NCBI GenBank assembly: GCA_038043805.1
Contig: JBBTBG010000004.1
Span: 1 to 53,278 of the forward strand
From: Nanobdellota archaeon
Lineage (GTDB): Archaea > Nanobdellota > Nanobdellia > Pacearchaeales > GW2011-AR1
Direction of reading: 5' to 3'
Length of the DNA: 53,278 nucleotides
The translations under genes and the position numbers were made by a program. This document shows positions 8,904 to 19,271 of the stretch, piece by piece. Within the stretch, counting starts at the first letter, position 1, and the number at the start of each line of letters is the position of its first letter. A model generated the notes under the pieces. It was given only the letters and a program-made list of their open reading frames with translations, was not told the origin of the DNA and searched no databases.

Positions 8904-10020
8904 GACCATCTATCTCGACAGCTCCGCAACTGCACCTGTTTTTCCTGAGGTGATAAAAACAATGCTCCCGTATTTTAAGGAGAAGTACGGCAATCCCTCG
9001 TCACCGCATCAGATGGGTGAAGAAGTACGAGAATCAGTTGAAGACGCTCGAAAGAAGCTCGCCTTAGAGATGGGATGTAAATCAAATGAAGTTATTTTTA
9101 CTTCGGGAGGGACAGAGGCAAATATGCTTGCTTTCAGAGGTCTTGCATCATCTTTAGCATATGAAAAGAAGAAAAAGATTGTCATCAGCGCGATTGAGCA
9201 CTCTTCAGTTTTTGATGTGTGTGATGCCTTGGAAAAACAAGGATTTGAAGTAGTAGAGATAGGTGTATATAAGCAAGGAATCCTGAGATGGGAAGAACTA
9301 GAGAAGGCAGTTGATAGTGATACCCTTATGGTATCAATTATTCATGGAAATAATGAAATAGGAACATTACAAGATATTCATCGCATTGGTATGCTATGCA
9401 AGAAGCGAGGCGTACTGTTTCATACCGATGCTGTGCAATCGTTTGGAAAGGAAATTATTAAAGTACATGATTGGCATATCGACTTATTGACTGCCTCTGC
9501 TCATAAACTGGGAGGACCAAAAGGAATCGGGTTATTGTATGTGTGTTCTGGAGTTTCATTACAACCTTTGATTTTAGGAAGTCAAGAAAGAAGACTACGC
9601 GGGGGAACAGAAAATGTTGCAAGCATTGTAGGTTTTGCTAAGGCAGTGGAGATTGTAAATAGAAAAAGAGGAAAGATGAAACCTCTCCAGTCATTTTTTA
9701 TGCAACGTATAGAAAAGTTAGGTGGAAGAATTACAGGATCGCACGAACAGCGCTTAGAAGATCATGTCTCTGCTGTTTTTCCAGGTGTGAATGCAGAGGT
9801 ACTTGTCTTACGCCTTTCGCAGAAAGGAGTAATGTGTTCTACCAAAAGTGCATGCCTTGATAAAGGTGCGAAAGAAAGTCGCGTGCTTAGAGCCACAGGC
9901 TTATCTGGAGAAGAAATTAGAGGAGCAGTGAGATTCGGATTACATCCAAATCTTACAAAAAAAGATATTTTAAGTACTTTAAAGATCTTAGAAAAATGTC
10001 TTAAAGAAAAAGTTTATTAA
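8893..10020 (+). CDS. Cysteine desulfurase (class V aminotransferase, NifS/IscS-like)
   Basis: YLDSSATAPV N-terminus, a PLP-lysine motif SAHKLGGPKGIG, and C-terminal SACL-type Cys (STKSACL). I take the start at the internal ATG (MRHKTIYLD) rather than the track start at 8866. Confidence 0.85.
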   Translation: MRHKTIYLDSSATAPVFPEVIKTMLPYFKEKYGNPSSPHQMGEEVRESVEDARKKLALEMGCKSNEVIFTSGGTEANMLAFRGLASSLAYEKKKKIVISAIEHSSVFDVCDALEKQGFEVVEIGVYKQGILRWEELEKAVDSDTLMVSIIHGNNEIGTLQDIHRIGMLCKKRGVLFHTDAVQSFGKEIIKVHDWHIDLLTASAHKLGGPKGIGLLYVCSGVSLQPLILGSQERRLRGGTENVASIVGFAKAVEIVNRKRGKMKPLQSFFMQRIEKLGGRITGSHEQRLEDHVSAVFPGVNAEVLVLRLSQKGVMCSTKSACLDKGAKESRVLRATGLSGEEIRGAVRFGLHPNLTKKDILSTLKILEKCLKEKVY

Positions 10021-10073
10021 GAGTATTTTACTAAACAATTGATGAGATTATCTTTGTTTCGACATCTTAATAA

Positions 10074-10994
10074 CTATTTCTTCTTTTCTTTCACAGGAAT
10101 TTGAGTTGTTGTCTTGAAAAAGAATGAACATCCAAAAACTATCAATCCAATAATTCCAACTATAATTGAATAGAAAGCAATACTAGATGTAAGAGGCGTT
10201 ACAAGGTCTTGCATGACTGCAACCACAAGAGGACTCCTAGAAAGGTCTTTTTCTGTAGATGAAGAAGACGGCTGTGCGAATTGATCGGAAAGCGCTGCTC
10301 CGAGTATTCCTTGGATTAAAAAGAGCGCAATGCTTGCACTTACCAAAGGTAATCCTATCCAGCGTAAGCGTGAAGAAAGAGAATCTCTTAGAAAATAAGT
10401 TCCTACGAGGCACAAAAGTGCAAAAACAAAGGACGCAATGAGAAAGATACGAAAGTAAGAGACATACTGGCGAACTTCTCCTAAATTATGTTCTTTATCC
10501 AGAATGGGTGCAAGGTCAACAGTATATGGCTTGTCTGCTGTAATTCCTCGTCTTTGAAATTCCTCCGTGACTAGTTTTGAGGTATCTGCTCCTGCAGGTT
10601 TACACACAACATTTTCTCCTTGAACTGCCTGCTGATTCGCAGTACATTCAGGAAGAGAAGCAATCTTTTGCTCTACTGAACTGCGGAGTGTTGATGCATC
10701 AAGAGTAATCACCAAATCGAGATTTTCTGTTTCTGAATTAATATAACTTAAGAGATTGCGAATAACTTTTGTTCCCTGCTCTTGAAGTACACCCTTAGGA
10801 AATGATACTTGACTATTTCCAGAGCTACTGAGTGCTTGTTCATAAAAACCATGCTTTGCAAAGACTTGCTCATAGATAGTAGGTGAAAGATACGCTCGAG
10901 CGCTTAGAGAAGTAAATCCTACCACTAGTGAAAAAACCAGGAGAAGTGAAAGAATACTTACCCCTATATATTTTGCAACCTCTTTTCCAGACAT
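10074..10994 (-). CDS. Membrane protein, hypothetical
   Basis: 306-aa ORF with an N-terminal TM segment, a ~150-aa loop and a C-terminal cluster of TM segments. Confidence 0.55.
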   Translation of the reverse strand: MSGKEVAKYIGVSILSLLLVFSLVVGFTSLSARAYLSPTIYEQVFAKHGFYEQALSSSGNSQVSFPKGVLQEQGTKVIRNLLSYINSETENLDLVITLDASTLRSSVEQKIASLPECTANQQAVQGENVVCKPAGADTSKLVTEEFQRRGITADKPYTVDLAPILDKEHNLGEVRQYVSYFRIFLIASFVFALLCLVGTYFLRDSLSSRLRWIGLPLVSASIALFLIQGILGAALSDQFAQPSSSSTEKDLSRSPLVVAVMQDLVTPLTSSIAFYSIIVGIIGLIVFGCSFFFKTTTQIPVKEKKK

Positions 10995-11077
10995 CTTACT
11001 ATAAGCATAAGTGGGTTTTTAAGGGTTTTCATTTTTGTCACCAGCATCTTTATAATCTGCTTTTTGTTTTGAATTTA

Positions 11078-12877
11078 ATGGATATGCAAGAGACTTGGGA
11101 TCTTTCGCCTTTGTTCAAAAGCGATGACGATCTAGCCATGAAAAAAGCAAGGAAAGAGATAGAAGAGAAACATAAAGTGTTTGTCGGCAAGTGGAAGCAA
11201 CGTTCAGATTATCTCCAAGATCCTCTGATTATGAAACAGGCTCTTGATGAATATGAAAATCTGATGCGTTTTTATGGAACAAGCGGCGCAGAAGGATATT
11301 ATTTCTCACTGCGTGAATACTTAGATCAGGCAAATCCTCTTATTAAGGCTCGTGTTAACAACGTCGATGCATGGAGTAAGGCTATCCAGAACGAAATTCA
11401 TTTTTTTACTTTGCGCATTGCTAAAATTCCTCATGTTGAGCAACAAAAATTCCTCAAACATCCACAGCTTAAGAAGTATGAGCATTTTCTCGAGCGTATG
11501 TTTACAGAAGCAGAACATGTTCTGTCAGAGCCTGAAGAAAATCTCTTAAATCTTTTAACTACGACTTCATATGATAATTGGGTCAAAATGGTTTCTACAT
11601 TCTTTTCAAAAGAATCACGTATTATTTTTGATGAAGAAGGAAAGGAGAATTCTCATACATTTGAAGCGTTGCAAGGTCTACTTGAAAGTTCTCATGAGCC
11701 TGTTAGGTCATCTGCTGCACGTGCAATGAATGATATTTTAAATAAGCATTCTGATGTTGTTGAATCTGAGATGAATTCCATTCTTGCTTACAAGAAAACA
11801 GTTGATCAAATCCGCAAATTCTCTCGTCCCGACAGCTCTCGCCATTTGTCTGATGATGTTTCCAGTGAGATGGTAGATACTCTTGTTGCAAGTGTTAGTG
11901 CTTCTTTTCATTTATCAGAGCGCTTCTATGCTTTAAAGGCAAAGATTCTAGGTCTTTCGAAACTGCAGTATTACGAGCGCAATCTTTCATATGGGACGTT
12001 GAATCAGAAATATTCTTATGAAGAATCTGTGAATCTTGTTCGTAAAGTACTTCATCGCCTTGACACTGAATTTGGAGCTATTTTCGAGCAATTTCTTAAG
12101 GAAGGATCTATTGATGTGTATCCTCGCGAAGGAAAGCACGGAGGTGCTTACTGCATTCATAATCTTATGAGTCACCCTACGTATATCATGCTGAATCATG
12201 TTGGAAGGTTGCAAGACGTCAAAACTTTAGCACATGAAGTCGGGCATGGCATTAACAATGAACTTATGAAAAAACAACAACATGCGCTTTCCTTTGATAC
12301 TCCTAAGTCAACTGCGGAGGTGGCAAGCACATTTATGGAAGATTTTGTTTTTGAAGAACTTGAGAGAGGCAGCAATCCTGAACAGAGACTCGCGCTTCTT
12401 ATCTTTAAACTTAATCAAGATGTTAGTACTGTTTTTAGACAGATTGCATTTTACAACTTTGAGCAGGAACTTCATATAGAATACCGCAACAAAGGATATC
12501 TTGCGAAAGAAATTATTCACGCGCTCTTTCTTAGGCACATGAAGGCCTATATGGGGGATGCAGTGGACTTTTCAGGTGGAGGAGATGCGTGGTGGGAGTA
12601 TATTCCTCATTTTCGCGATTTCTTCTATGTTTTTTCTTATGCTTCAGGTTTGTTAATTTCTAAATCTCTTCAGGCAAAAGTGCGCAAAGATCCTAGTTTT
12701 ATCATAAAAGTCAAAGAATTTTTAAGTGCAGGTACTTCAGATTCTCCTAGGAATATATTCTTAAAGATGGGTATTGATATTACTGATAAAGAATTCTGGA
12801 ATCAAGGGCTCAAGGAGTTTGAACGACTAATAGATGAAACAACTGCTCTTGCGAAGAAATTAGGAAAAATAAAGTAA
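11078..12877 (+). CDS. pepF: Oligoendopeptidase F (M3B metallopeptidase)
   Basis: HEVGHG zinc motif with the downstream E of the M3 family. Length and overall pattern fit PepF. I take the start at MDMQETWDL (11078) because the upstream part of the track ORF overlaps the divergent gene. Confidence 0.85.
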   Translation: MDMQETWDLSPLFKSDDDLAMKKARKEIEEKHKVFVGKWKQRSDYLQDPLIMKQALDEYENLMRFYGTSGAEGYYFSLREYLDQANPLIKARVNNVDAWSKAIQNEIHFFTLRIAKIPHVEQQKFLKHPQLKKYEHFLERMFTEAEHVLSEPEENLLNLLTTTSYDNWVKMVSTFFSKESRIIFDEEGKENSHTFEALQGLLESSHEPVRSSAARAMNDILNKHSDVVESEMNSILAYKKTVDQIRKFSRPDSSRHLSDDVSSEMVDTLVASVSASFHLSERFYALKAKILGLSKLQYYERNLSYGTLNQKYSYEESVNLVRKVLHRLDTEFGAIFEQFLKEGSIDVYPREGKHGGAYCIHNLMSHPTYIMLNHVGRLQDVKTLAHEVGHGINNELMKKQQHALSFDTPKSTAEVASTFMEDFVFEELERGSNPEQRLALLIFKLNQDVSTVFRQIAFYNFEQELHIEYRNKGYLAKEIIHALFLRHMKAYMGDAVDFSGGGDAWWEYIPHFRDFFYVFSYASGLLISKSLQAKVRKDPSFIIKVKEFLSAGTSDSPRNIFLKMGIDITDKEFWNQGLKEFERLIDETTALAKKLGKIK

Positions 12878-12893
12878 GAAGTTTAGTAAGAGA

Positions 12894-13385
12894 TTATCTT
12901 ACTTGAATTTCATAACCATTGCCGTTTAATTGAGCATATAATTTATCAACGTTAAACACATTCGTCTCCTCATGTCTTGTAATATCTAGGGAGATTTGAG
13001 TTTGATTTCGTAACGAGTGGCCCAACAAAAGAGGCACAAGAGCTTCTTCTTCAATATAAATGTCACTATTATTGATAAAGAAAGGAACATCTTTTTTACC
13101 ATCAGAAATTATTCCTGTAAAGCCATTCTGCGTAACCACTGACTCTCTCACAGTACCTTTGATATGTGAGGAATCGTAGCGCAAAGCATCTTCTAGAGAA
13201 CGAGTAGGATATTCATCATCATCTTTGACTGTTTCTGAAGGAAGAGGCGGAACTCTCTCAGAATAGTCTTTCCCATTTAAGAAAGCGTGAAATCTTCCAA
13301 GAGCATATCCTATAATTATACCGCCTGTAGCGGTAGCAGCGACAATCTCGCCTGTATTCCAATTTGTAAGTGATTCCAAACCCAT
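12894..13385 (-). CDS. Hypothetical protein with an N-terminal TM anchor
   Basis: 163-aa ORF with hydrophobic segment GEIVAATATGGIIIGYALG. Confidence 0.5.
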   Translation of the reverse strand: MGLESLTNWNTGEIVAATATGGIIIGYALGRFHAFLNGKDYSERVPPLPSETVKDDDEYPTRSLEDALRYDSSHIKGTVRESVVTQNGFTGIISDGKKDVPFFINNSDIYIEEEALVPLLLGHSLRNQTQISLDITRHEETNVFNVDKLYAQLNGNGYEIQVR

Positions 13386-13451
13386 AATAGAGATGAAGTT
13401 TTAAGGTTTATAAACTTTTCTATTAATGTTATTTTATAGTAGTAACTTTAT

Positions 13452-14366
13452 TTATTCTAGTATTTCTATACCGTCTACTACACCGTCCGAGTCCAAATCC
13501 ATACCTTCAACGACCTTGCAGAAAGTATGCTTATCGAAACGATTGCCTTTTTCTATCTCCTTGAACTGCTGCAAGAACGTGAGGATGGCTGCTTTTGTCC
13601 CTGAGTTTCTGATGCCTGCGATGTAGAGAAGATCTTTTTTTTCGTTAAATGGATTTTTGCATTTGTTAATCACTCCTATTTCTTCATGAACATAAAGTTT
13701 TTGTGTTATTGTAGAGTAAAACCCTTTTTTTTCCTCATCAAAAAAGACAGGCATACGCTTACCTATAGCTTCTGCGACTTTATTTACAATAGGACCCCCT
13801 ATGACGATTAGATTTTGTTCTTTGAGATCTTTATCTTGAATTTCTGTGTCAAGTTTGACCTTGCTGTTTGGGACGCGATTTAGAAATGTGCCAAGAAAAA
13901 GGGCAAGATCCATTCCAAAATAACCATCGCGGCTTCTGGCTTTTAGAGGTCCATGAGGATCGGGACTTCCAACAATAATCAATGCATTAAGTTGGCCTTG
14001 TTCGATAAAAGGTGTAAGAAAAGGAGATGCATGCTCATCAACTTTTGAGCTTTCCTGAAACTCTCCTATTGGGATTAAAAACGATTCTGAAACAGGAGAA
14101 TACCATTTGGCTATTATTCCCTGGAGACGTTCTTCCTTGACAATCTTTACGAGCCTTGCCTTTTCCATCTGGTGAATATAGTAATAAACTTTCTGTTCAT
14201 GGATTTTCATTTTCTTGGCAAGCTGTTTTGGGTACATAGGTTCTTTATGCAATGCCTCCAATATTTTTATTGCGATTGAACTGCCCAGAATGCCTGCTTC
14301 TTTTGAATAGATCTCACGAGTCGGAATGGTAAATGTCTTTCCTTTTTCTTGCTTAAGCACTTTCAT
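13452..14366 (-). CDS. Winged-helix (ArsR-like) DNA-binding domain protein with an uncharacterised C-terminal domain
   Basis: N-terminal ILEALHKEPMYPKQLAKKMKIHEQKVYYYIHQMEKARLVKIV matches the wHTH pattern. Confidence 0.6.
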   Translation of the reverse strand: MKVLKQEKGKTFTIPTREIYSKEAGILGSSIAIKILEALHKEPMYPKQLAKKMKIHEQKVYYYIHQMEKARLVKIVKEERLQGIIAKWYSPVSESFLIPIGEFQESSKVDEHASPFLTPFIEQGQLNALIIVGSPDPHGPLKARSRDGYFGMDLALFLGTFLNRVPNSKVKLDTEIQDKDLKEQNLIVIGGPIVNKVAEAIGKRMPVFFDEEKKGFYSTITQKLYVHEEIGVINKCKNPFNEKKDLLYIAGIRNSGTKAAILTFLQQFKEIEKGNRFDKHTFCKVVEGMDLDSDGVVDGIEILE

Positions 14367-14460
14367 ATTTATTCTAAATATTTTGTATTTATAAATATTA
14401 TCATAACATAATTATAAATTTATTAAAAATAGTTAAATACTTTTCGATTTTATATACTAT

Positions 14461-15474
14461 ATGGAAGTCCAGATATTTGAAATTGCTGATCAATTCAGTC
14501 TCGGAAGAGTTGAAAATTTCAGGAGATTAGAAAATGGGCTCATCAATGAGTCTTTTCAGGTTGTGACTGATAGGGGGCAGTTCATCCTTCAGAAACTTTC
14601 GCCTATTTGGGATGAAAGAGTAATTAGTGATTATCTTGCTGTGCAAAGCTATTTGCGCACTTCTGGAGTGCATGTACCTGTTCTTCTCAATGATAGAAAT
14701 GAGAAGCCTGTTTATGTTAAAGAAAAATGCCTTTGGCGAGCCTTTGAGTACATACCTCATGATCTCGTTGAAAATCCAGATCCTGAGTTGGCTTTTGAGG
14801 CTGGAGCCTTGCTTGGAAAGTTCCATACAACTATGGCTAAGAATTCATTCAATCCTACGTTCAGACTGCCAGGCTATCGAGACACTCCTGCAATAGTCAA
14901 AAAACTAAGAGTAGTTTATTCAGATTCAATTTATTCTGATAAGGTGAAGAAGGTCTTAAGAGAATATGCACTTATATCAAATATAATTGAATCACATTAT
15001 CTTCCAAATAATGATGGGAAAATTGTAATTCATGGAGATCCTAAATTCAATAACTTTCTTTTCAAAGGAGGAAAGGCTATTGCATTATTGGATCTTGATA
15101 CTCTGATGATGGGCTCGCCTCTTTTAGATGTTGGAGATGCATTTAGAAGCTGGTGCAGAAAGAAACCGTCAACATCTGAATTCTTACCAGAGATATTCAA
15201 TGCAGCCTTGAAAGGATATAGATCACAGTCATGCTTCGAGATAGGCGCAAGCGAGGCAAAAAATGCGATGTCACTAATTACTCTAGAATTATCCGCTAGA
15301 TATCTTATAGATTACTTTGAGGAATCTTATTTCCCATTAAAACCTAAATACTCTTGCAAAGCAGAGCAGAATCTTGCGCGCTGTCGGCGCTATTTAGAAT
15401 ATTACAGGAATTTTACTGGAGGTGTAAAAGAAAATCATCTGCTCGCTTGGGGCTTGAACATTGCAATTGAGTAG
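14461..15474 (+). CDS. Aminoglycoside/homoserine-kinase-type phosphotransferase (APH family kinase fold)
   Basis: Catalytic loop IHGDPKFNNFLF and metal-binding LLDLDT. Confidence 0.7.
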   Translation: MEVQIFEIADQFSLGRVENFRRLENGLINESFQVVTDRGQFILQKLSPIWDERVISDYLAVQSYLRTSGVHVPVLLNDRNEKPVYVKEKCLWRAFEYIPHDLVENPDPELAFEAGALLGKFHTTMAKNSFNPTFRLPGYRDTPAIVKKLRVVYSDSIYSDKVKKVLREYALISNIIESHYLPNNDGKIVIHGDPKFNNFLFKGGKAIALLDLDTLMMGSPLLDVGDAFRSWCRKKPSTSEFLPEIFNAALKGYRSQSCFEIGASEAKNAMSLITLELSARYLIDYFEESYFPLKPKYSCKAEQNLARCRRYLEYYRNFTGGVKENHLLAWGLNIAIE

Positions 15475-16348
15475 TCTCTCTTTTCAATTCAAAACATTTT
15501 TTAGAACAACAGCCTCCATAAAGCTGTTCACATTGAATGCAGATAGTACAAAATGTGTCGCATGAAAATTCAGAGCAGTTCTTATAAAGATCACAGGCAA
15601 TACCACAAAGTTCACATGATGTGATTGGCTTATTTTCAGAATTAACATTGCTCTTTAACCGTTTATCAAAAACAAAACACGTGCCTTCCCATATTGTATC
15701 TGGAAATTCTTTGCCAAAAGAAAGAATACCTCCTTTAAGTTGTGAAACATCTTTGAATCCTTGTTGTCTAAAATACGCAGATGCCTTTTCACATCTAATT
15801 CCGCCCGTGCAGTACATAATAATTTTCTTGTCTTTTTTGTCTTGTAATTCTTGAGCTACTTTAGGAAACTCTCTAAAAGTTTTTATTTGAGGAGTTAACG
15901 CTCCTTTGAATTTTCCTACATGTGACTCATATTTATTTCGTGCATCGAGAATAATAATTTCTTTTCCTATTTTCTCATTTTCTTTATTATAAATATCTAG
16001 GAATTCTTGAGGTGTGAGATTCTTTCCTGTATGAGCAAGATTAACTTCCTGCCCAAAATTAACAATTTCCTTTTTTATTTTAATAATCATTTTTTTGAAG
16101 GGAATGCTTATAGAAAGATCTTCTTTAAATATAATATCAGCAAATCTATTATCTCTTCGAAGTTCAGACTTATATGCTTCGACTTGCTCTTCTGTTCCAG
16201 CGACTGAACCGTTAATTCCTTCTTCTGCTACTAGAATGCGACCACGTAGACCAATATCTTTACAAAAATCAAGGTGGCTTTCTTTGAAAGATAGAGGATC
16301 TTCTATCCTCACATACTTGTAAAAGAGGAGAACATGAATATGTTTCAT
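15413..16348 (-). CDS. trhO: Rhodanese-domain protein of the UPF0176/YceA family (TrhO-like)
   Basis: N-terminal ILVAEEGINGSV block, rhodanese active-site loop YCTGGIRCEKAS and a Cys-rich C-terminus. Confidence 0.8.
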   Translation of the reverse strand: MKHIHVLLFYKYVRIEDPLSFKESHLDFCKDIGLRGRILVAEEGINGSVAGTEEQVEAYKSELRRDNRFADIIFKEDLSISIPFKKMIIKIKKEIVNFGQEVNLAHTGKNLTPQEFLDIYNKENEKIGKEIIILDARNKYESHVGKFKGALTPQIKTFREFPKVAQELQDKKDKKIIMYCTGGIRCEKASAYFRQQGFKDVSQLKGGILSFGKEFPDTIWEGTCFVFDKRLKSNVNSENKPITSCELCGIACDLYKNCSEFSCDTFCTICIQCEQLYGGCCSKKCFELKRETTQLQCSSPKRADDFLLHLQ

Positions 16349-16380
16349 CCCATTTAATCTATTTTTCCCTTTAAAAAACT

Positions 16381-16388
16381 TTTATATA
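16381..16388 (+). promoter_or_regulatory. TATA box (TTTATATA) for htpX, leaderless-type spacing
   Basis: TTTATATA ends 22 nt upstream of the ATG at 16410. The same box and spacing recur at several other genes in this window. Confidence 0.5.
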
Positions 16389-16409
16389 CCTTGAAAACAG
16401 TAGAAATAC

Positions 16410-17312
16410 ATGGTTGAACGGCTCCATTTCGAAGATCAAATTGCAAAGAATAAGATAAAGTCCGTGATTCTATTGGGAATTATAATTGTTGTATTTGTAT
16501 TAATTGGATATATCATAGCGCTCATTCTAGATCCTAGTTTTTTCTTCATTATCATGATCCTATCAATAGTTATCTCTCTTCTTTATACCTGGTTTGGTTA
16601 TTACAATTCTGACAAAATTGCCCTCGCATCAGTTGGAGCAAAGCCAGCCTCTCAAACGGCACACCGTCAGCTTTATCATGCAGTTGAAAACATGGCTCTT
16701 GCATCGGGACTACCAATGCCTAGAGTGTATGTAATGCAAGCAGAACAAATTAATGCGTTCGCATCAGGAAGAAATCCTGCAAAGGCAGTCATTTGCGTCA
16801 CTACGGGTGCACTCGATAAGCTAAGTAAGCAAGAATTAGAAGGAGTCATTGCACATGAAATGGCACACATTGCAAATTTTGACATTCGATTTATGACTCT
16901 TGCAACAGTATTAATTGGAATGATCTCTATCGCTGCAGAAATTCTCCTAAGAAGCATGTGGTTCTCATCTTCCGATAATAGGGATAGCCGTTCAGGAGCA
17001 ATTCTTCTTATAGTAAGTATTGTCGTTGCAATTCTCGCTCCTATTCTAGCTCAGCTCGTTGCTCTTGCGATTTCTCGAAAAAGGGAATTCACTGCAGATG
17101 CAACTGGAGTAAAATTCACACGCTATCCAAAAGGTCTTTCCTCTGCATTGCGTAAAATCAAAGGCGATCACGTCTCCGGAGATGAGCGCAAGCGTTTCTC
17201 CAAAGAAACGGCCCCGCTCTTCATGTCAGATCCTTATAGGAATCGCGTGGCAAATCTCTTTATGACGCATCCTCCGATTGATGAAAGAATTAGAAGATTG
17301 GAAGCGATGTAG
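16410..17312 (+). CDS. htpX: Zinc metalloprotease HtpX (M48)
   Basis: HEMAHI motif, TM segments on both sides, C-terminal THPPIDERI block. Confidence 0.9.
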   Translation: MVERLHFEDQIAKNKIKSVILLGIIIVVFVLIGYIIALILDPSFFFIIMILSIVISLLYTWFGYYNSDKIALASVGAKPASQTAHRQLYHAVENMALASGLPMPRVYVMQAEQINAFASGRNPAKAVICVTTGALDKLSKQELEGVIAHEMAHIANFDIRFMTLATVLIGMISIAAEILLRSMWFSSSDNRDSRSGAILLIVSIVVAILAPILAQLVALAISRKREFTADATGVKFTRYPKGLSSALRKIKGDHVSGDERKRFSKETAPLFMSDPYRNRVANLFMTHPPIDERIRRLEAM

Positions 17313-17477
17313 TTGAAGCATGCCCCGACCGACATTTATACCATCATGGAATTCAAGAGAGATACGCATGATACAAATTTAGTACAATATTCTTGTAGCG
17401 GTTGAGGTTTATATATTTTGTAGTCGATAGAAATGCAAAAGCAACTCGGATCATGCCAACCTTAATGTCAAGAGAAA

Positions 17478-17819
17478 TTAGTAATTGAACCTTCTTTCGT
17501 AATCTTTATGAGTCATCCATTCAAGAATAACGCTCACAATTTTTACTTCATTGCCTACAATAGTATACAGCAAGCGCCAAGCGTTAGGCAAGTCGTACTT
17601 CCATAATGCAGATATTCCATATTTTGAAATATATTCTTGTGGAATAAGTCTTTCTGGAACACGTACTCCAGCTCTCAAAGGATTCTCAAGTAAGTCTTTC
17701 TTAGCTCTTTCAATAAATTTGTATAACTCTTTATCTTCAAACGTTCCTTCTTGTAATGTTTCAAATGATTCTTTTAATTTGGTATTAGCAAAAGTCACTT
17801 CTTTAATACGTTCGTTCAT
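17478..17819 (-). CDS. RelE/ParE-superfamily toxin-like protein
   Basis: C-terminal LWKYDLPNAWRLLYTIVGNEVKIVSVILEWMTHKDYERRF fits the RelE/ParE core pattern. 4-nt overlap with the upstream small gene. Confidence 0.6.
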   Translation of the reverse strand: MNERIKEVTFANTKLKESFETLQEGTFEDKELYKFIERAKKDLLENPLRAGVRVPERLIPQEYISKYGISALWKYDLPNAWRLLYTIVGNEVKIVSVILEWMTHKDYERRFNY

Positions 17820-18091
17820 TTTTTGAGAAGTCCCTCTGCTTCAAGCTTTCGAATGAATGCAGGGTTCCAAATCCAAACAATCTTGTCTTCTGAATCAGTC
17901 ACAATTTTATTGCTTTGTTCAAGGTAGTCTAAGACCACTAAGTAAGTTTGCCACATCACTTTCTTTGGCAACGATTTCCATAACTCTGTTCGATTGTAAG
18001 CTCCCGAAGATTGCTCGATAGCGCGTTCTATCATCAATACTGTTTCAAGGGTAGGGGAGCGTGCAAAGAGGTTTTCTTTCACGACTTGCAT
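17816..18091 (-). CDS. Small winged-helix protein, candidate cognate antitoxin
   Basis: 91-aa ORF translationally coupled (ATGA overlap) to the RelE-like gene. Confidence 0.5.
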   Translation of the reverse strand: MQVVKENLFARSPTLETVLMIERAIEQSSGAYNRTELWKSLPKKVMWQTYLVVLDYLEQSNKIVTDSEDKIVWIWNPAFIRKLEAEGLLKK

Positions 18092-18100
18092 ATTCTATTG

Positions 18101-18116
18101 TATATCAAGTGATATA
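18101..18116. promoter_or_regulatory. Palindromic operator candidate TATATCA-AG-TGATATA upstream of the RelE-like operon
   Basis: 7-nt inverted arms lie between the start codon (18091) and the TATA-like ATATATAAA on the minus strand. Confidence 0.4.
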
Positions 18117-18202
18117 TAAATGTTTTGGTTTATTTGATTGTAAAAGAGTCGAAATGCAAAGGATATCTTTAAGGGATAGGGAAGTTCGTGACAATCCGAG
18201 GC

Positions 18203-19081
18203 TTACATTTTATAATCTTGGATATATCTCTTAAAAAACCAATTAAGAAATGGAGAATCATCCCTCTTGAGCTGGCTTCTTTCAAGTGAGGTGTAATAGC
18301 TATTTCTTTTAGTATATGGAATATCCAACATAGGATATCCATGTTTATGGAAGACAAAGTTCATCATAAGTCTAGATATTCTGCCATTTCCATCTCCAAA
18401 GGGATGTATTGTTACCCATTTTAGATGTACTAAAGCAGCCAACTCGACAGGATTTAGTTTATCTTTACTTTTATTATACCAGTCAAAGAAGTCTTTAATG
18501 AGAAAATCCAATTCGGCAGGCATGGGAGGAACATATTTACTTAAGGAAATGCCTACTTGATAATTTCTAATTCTTCCAGCAGCATCCTGCTTTGTTTTTT
18601 CAAATAATTTTTTATGCCAATATAATACTATTTGCAAAGAAAGCTCTTTTTTATATGATAACATCTCATGAAATACTCTATTATGTTCTTCTGCTTCTAT
18701 TACATCATTTATGGGCTTCTCATTGGGAGTTATTCCTCTTTCAAGTAAATTTGAAGTGTCTTTCAAGCTCAAAGTTGAACCCTCTATCTTTTGAGTGTTA
18801 TAAGTGAATTTTACTGCAAAAGTTTCTCTTTGTTTAGCTCGAGAAGAAGGAGGCGTTATCTTTTGCTCTTGAAGATATCTTTTCTTTATTTGCTCAAAGT
18901 CCGAGAACCACTTTTCTTTATAGAGCTCGATAACGAATTGCCTTTTTATCTTATCAATGTCTTTAGGTATCTCTTTTCCAAGATATTTCTCTTTCTTAAT
19001 AACTTTATTGCCTTCCCGCACACTATGTTCAAGATAGTAATATGTCTGTTCTCCCGTTTTCTTTTCTCTTATAGTTACCAT
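18203..19081 (-). CDS. Fic domain protein (AMPylase family)
   Basis: Canonical Fic motif HPFGDGNGRISR. Confidence 0.9.
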   Translation of the reverse strand: MVTIREKKTGEQTYYYLEHSVREGNKVIKKEKYLGKEIPKDIDKIKRQFVIELYKEKWFSDFEQIKKRYLQEQKITPPSSRAKQRETFAVKFTYNTQKIEGSTLSLKDTSNLLERGITPNEKPINDVIEAEEHNRVFHEMLSYKKELSLQIVLYWHKKLFEKTKQDAAGRIRNYQVGISLSKYVPPMPAELDFLIKDFFDWYNKSKDKLNPVELAALVHLKWVTIHPFGDGNGRISRLMMNFVFHKHGYPMLDIPYTKRNSYYTSLERSQLKRDDSPFLNWFFKRYIQDYKM

Positions 19082-19242
19082 AGATTACCTTGCCACTACA
19101 TATTTATAAATGCTTGTATTATAGCTATTTTGTAGGGGTAAGAATTTTCGAGAATGAAAGGATATTTTGGCATAGATCGATTGGTTCATTATAACGGAAA
19201 TCTTAGTCTTATTATAACTACAGAGTAGTAAATAAAGAAAGA

Positions 19243-19250
19243 TTTATATA
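19243..19250 (+). promoter_or_regulatory. TATA box (TTTATATA)
   Basis: Ends 22 nt upstream of the ATG at 19272. Confidence 0.5.
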
Positions 19251-19271
19251 GGCATTCTCTTTTTTTTAAAT

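Noticed and set aside
15413-15474. A 62-nt convergent overlap between the kinase-like gene (14461-15474) and trhO (15413-16348).
   Set aside because: The overlap probably reflects non-conserved C-terminal tails or the track's stop-to-stop extension. There is no sequence feature suggesting function.
17423-18162. Imperfect direct repeat GTCGA(TAG)AAATGCAAA(A)G at 17423-17441 and 18148-18162 flanking the RelE-like cassette, which could be an insertion footprint.
   Set aside because: Only about 14 matching nt with an indel, in AT-rich sequence. This is within chance expectation for a 53-kb window.
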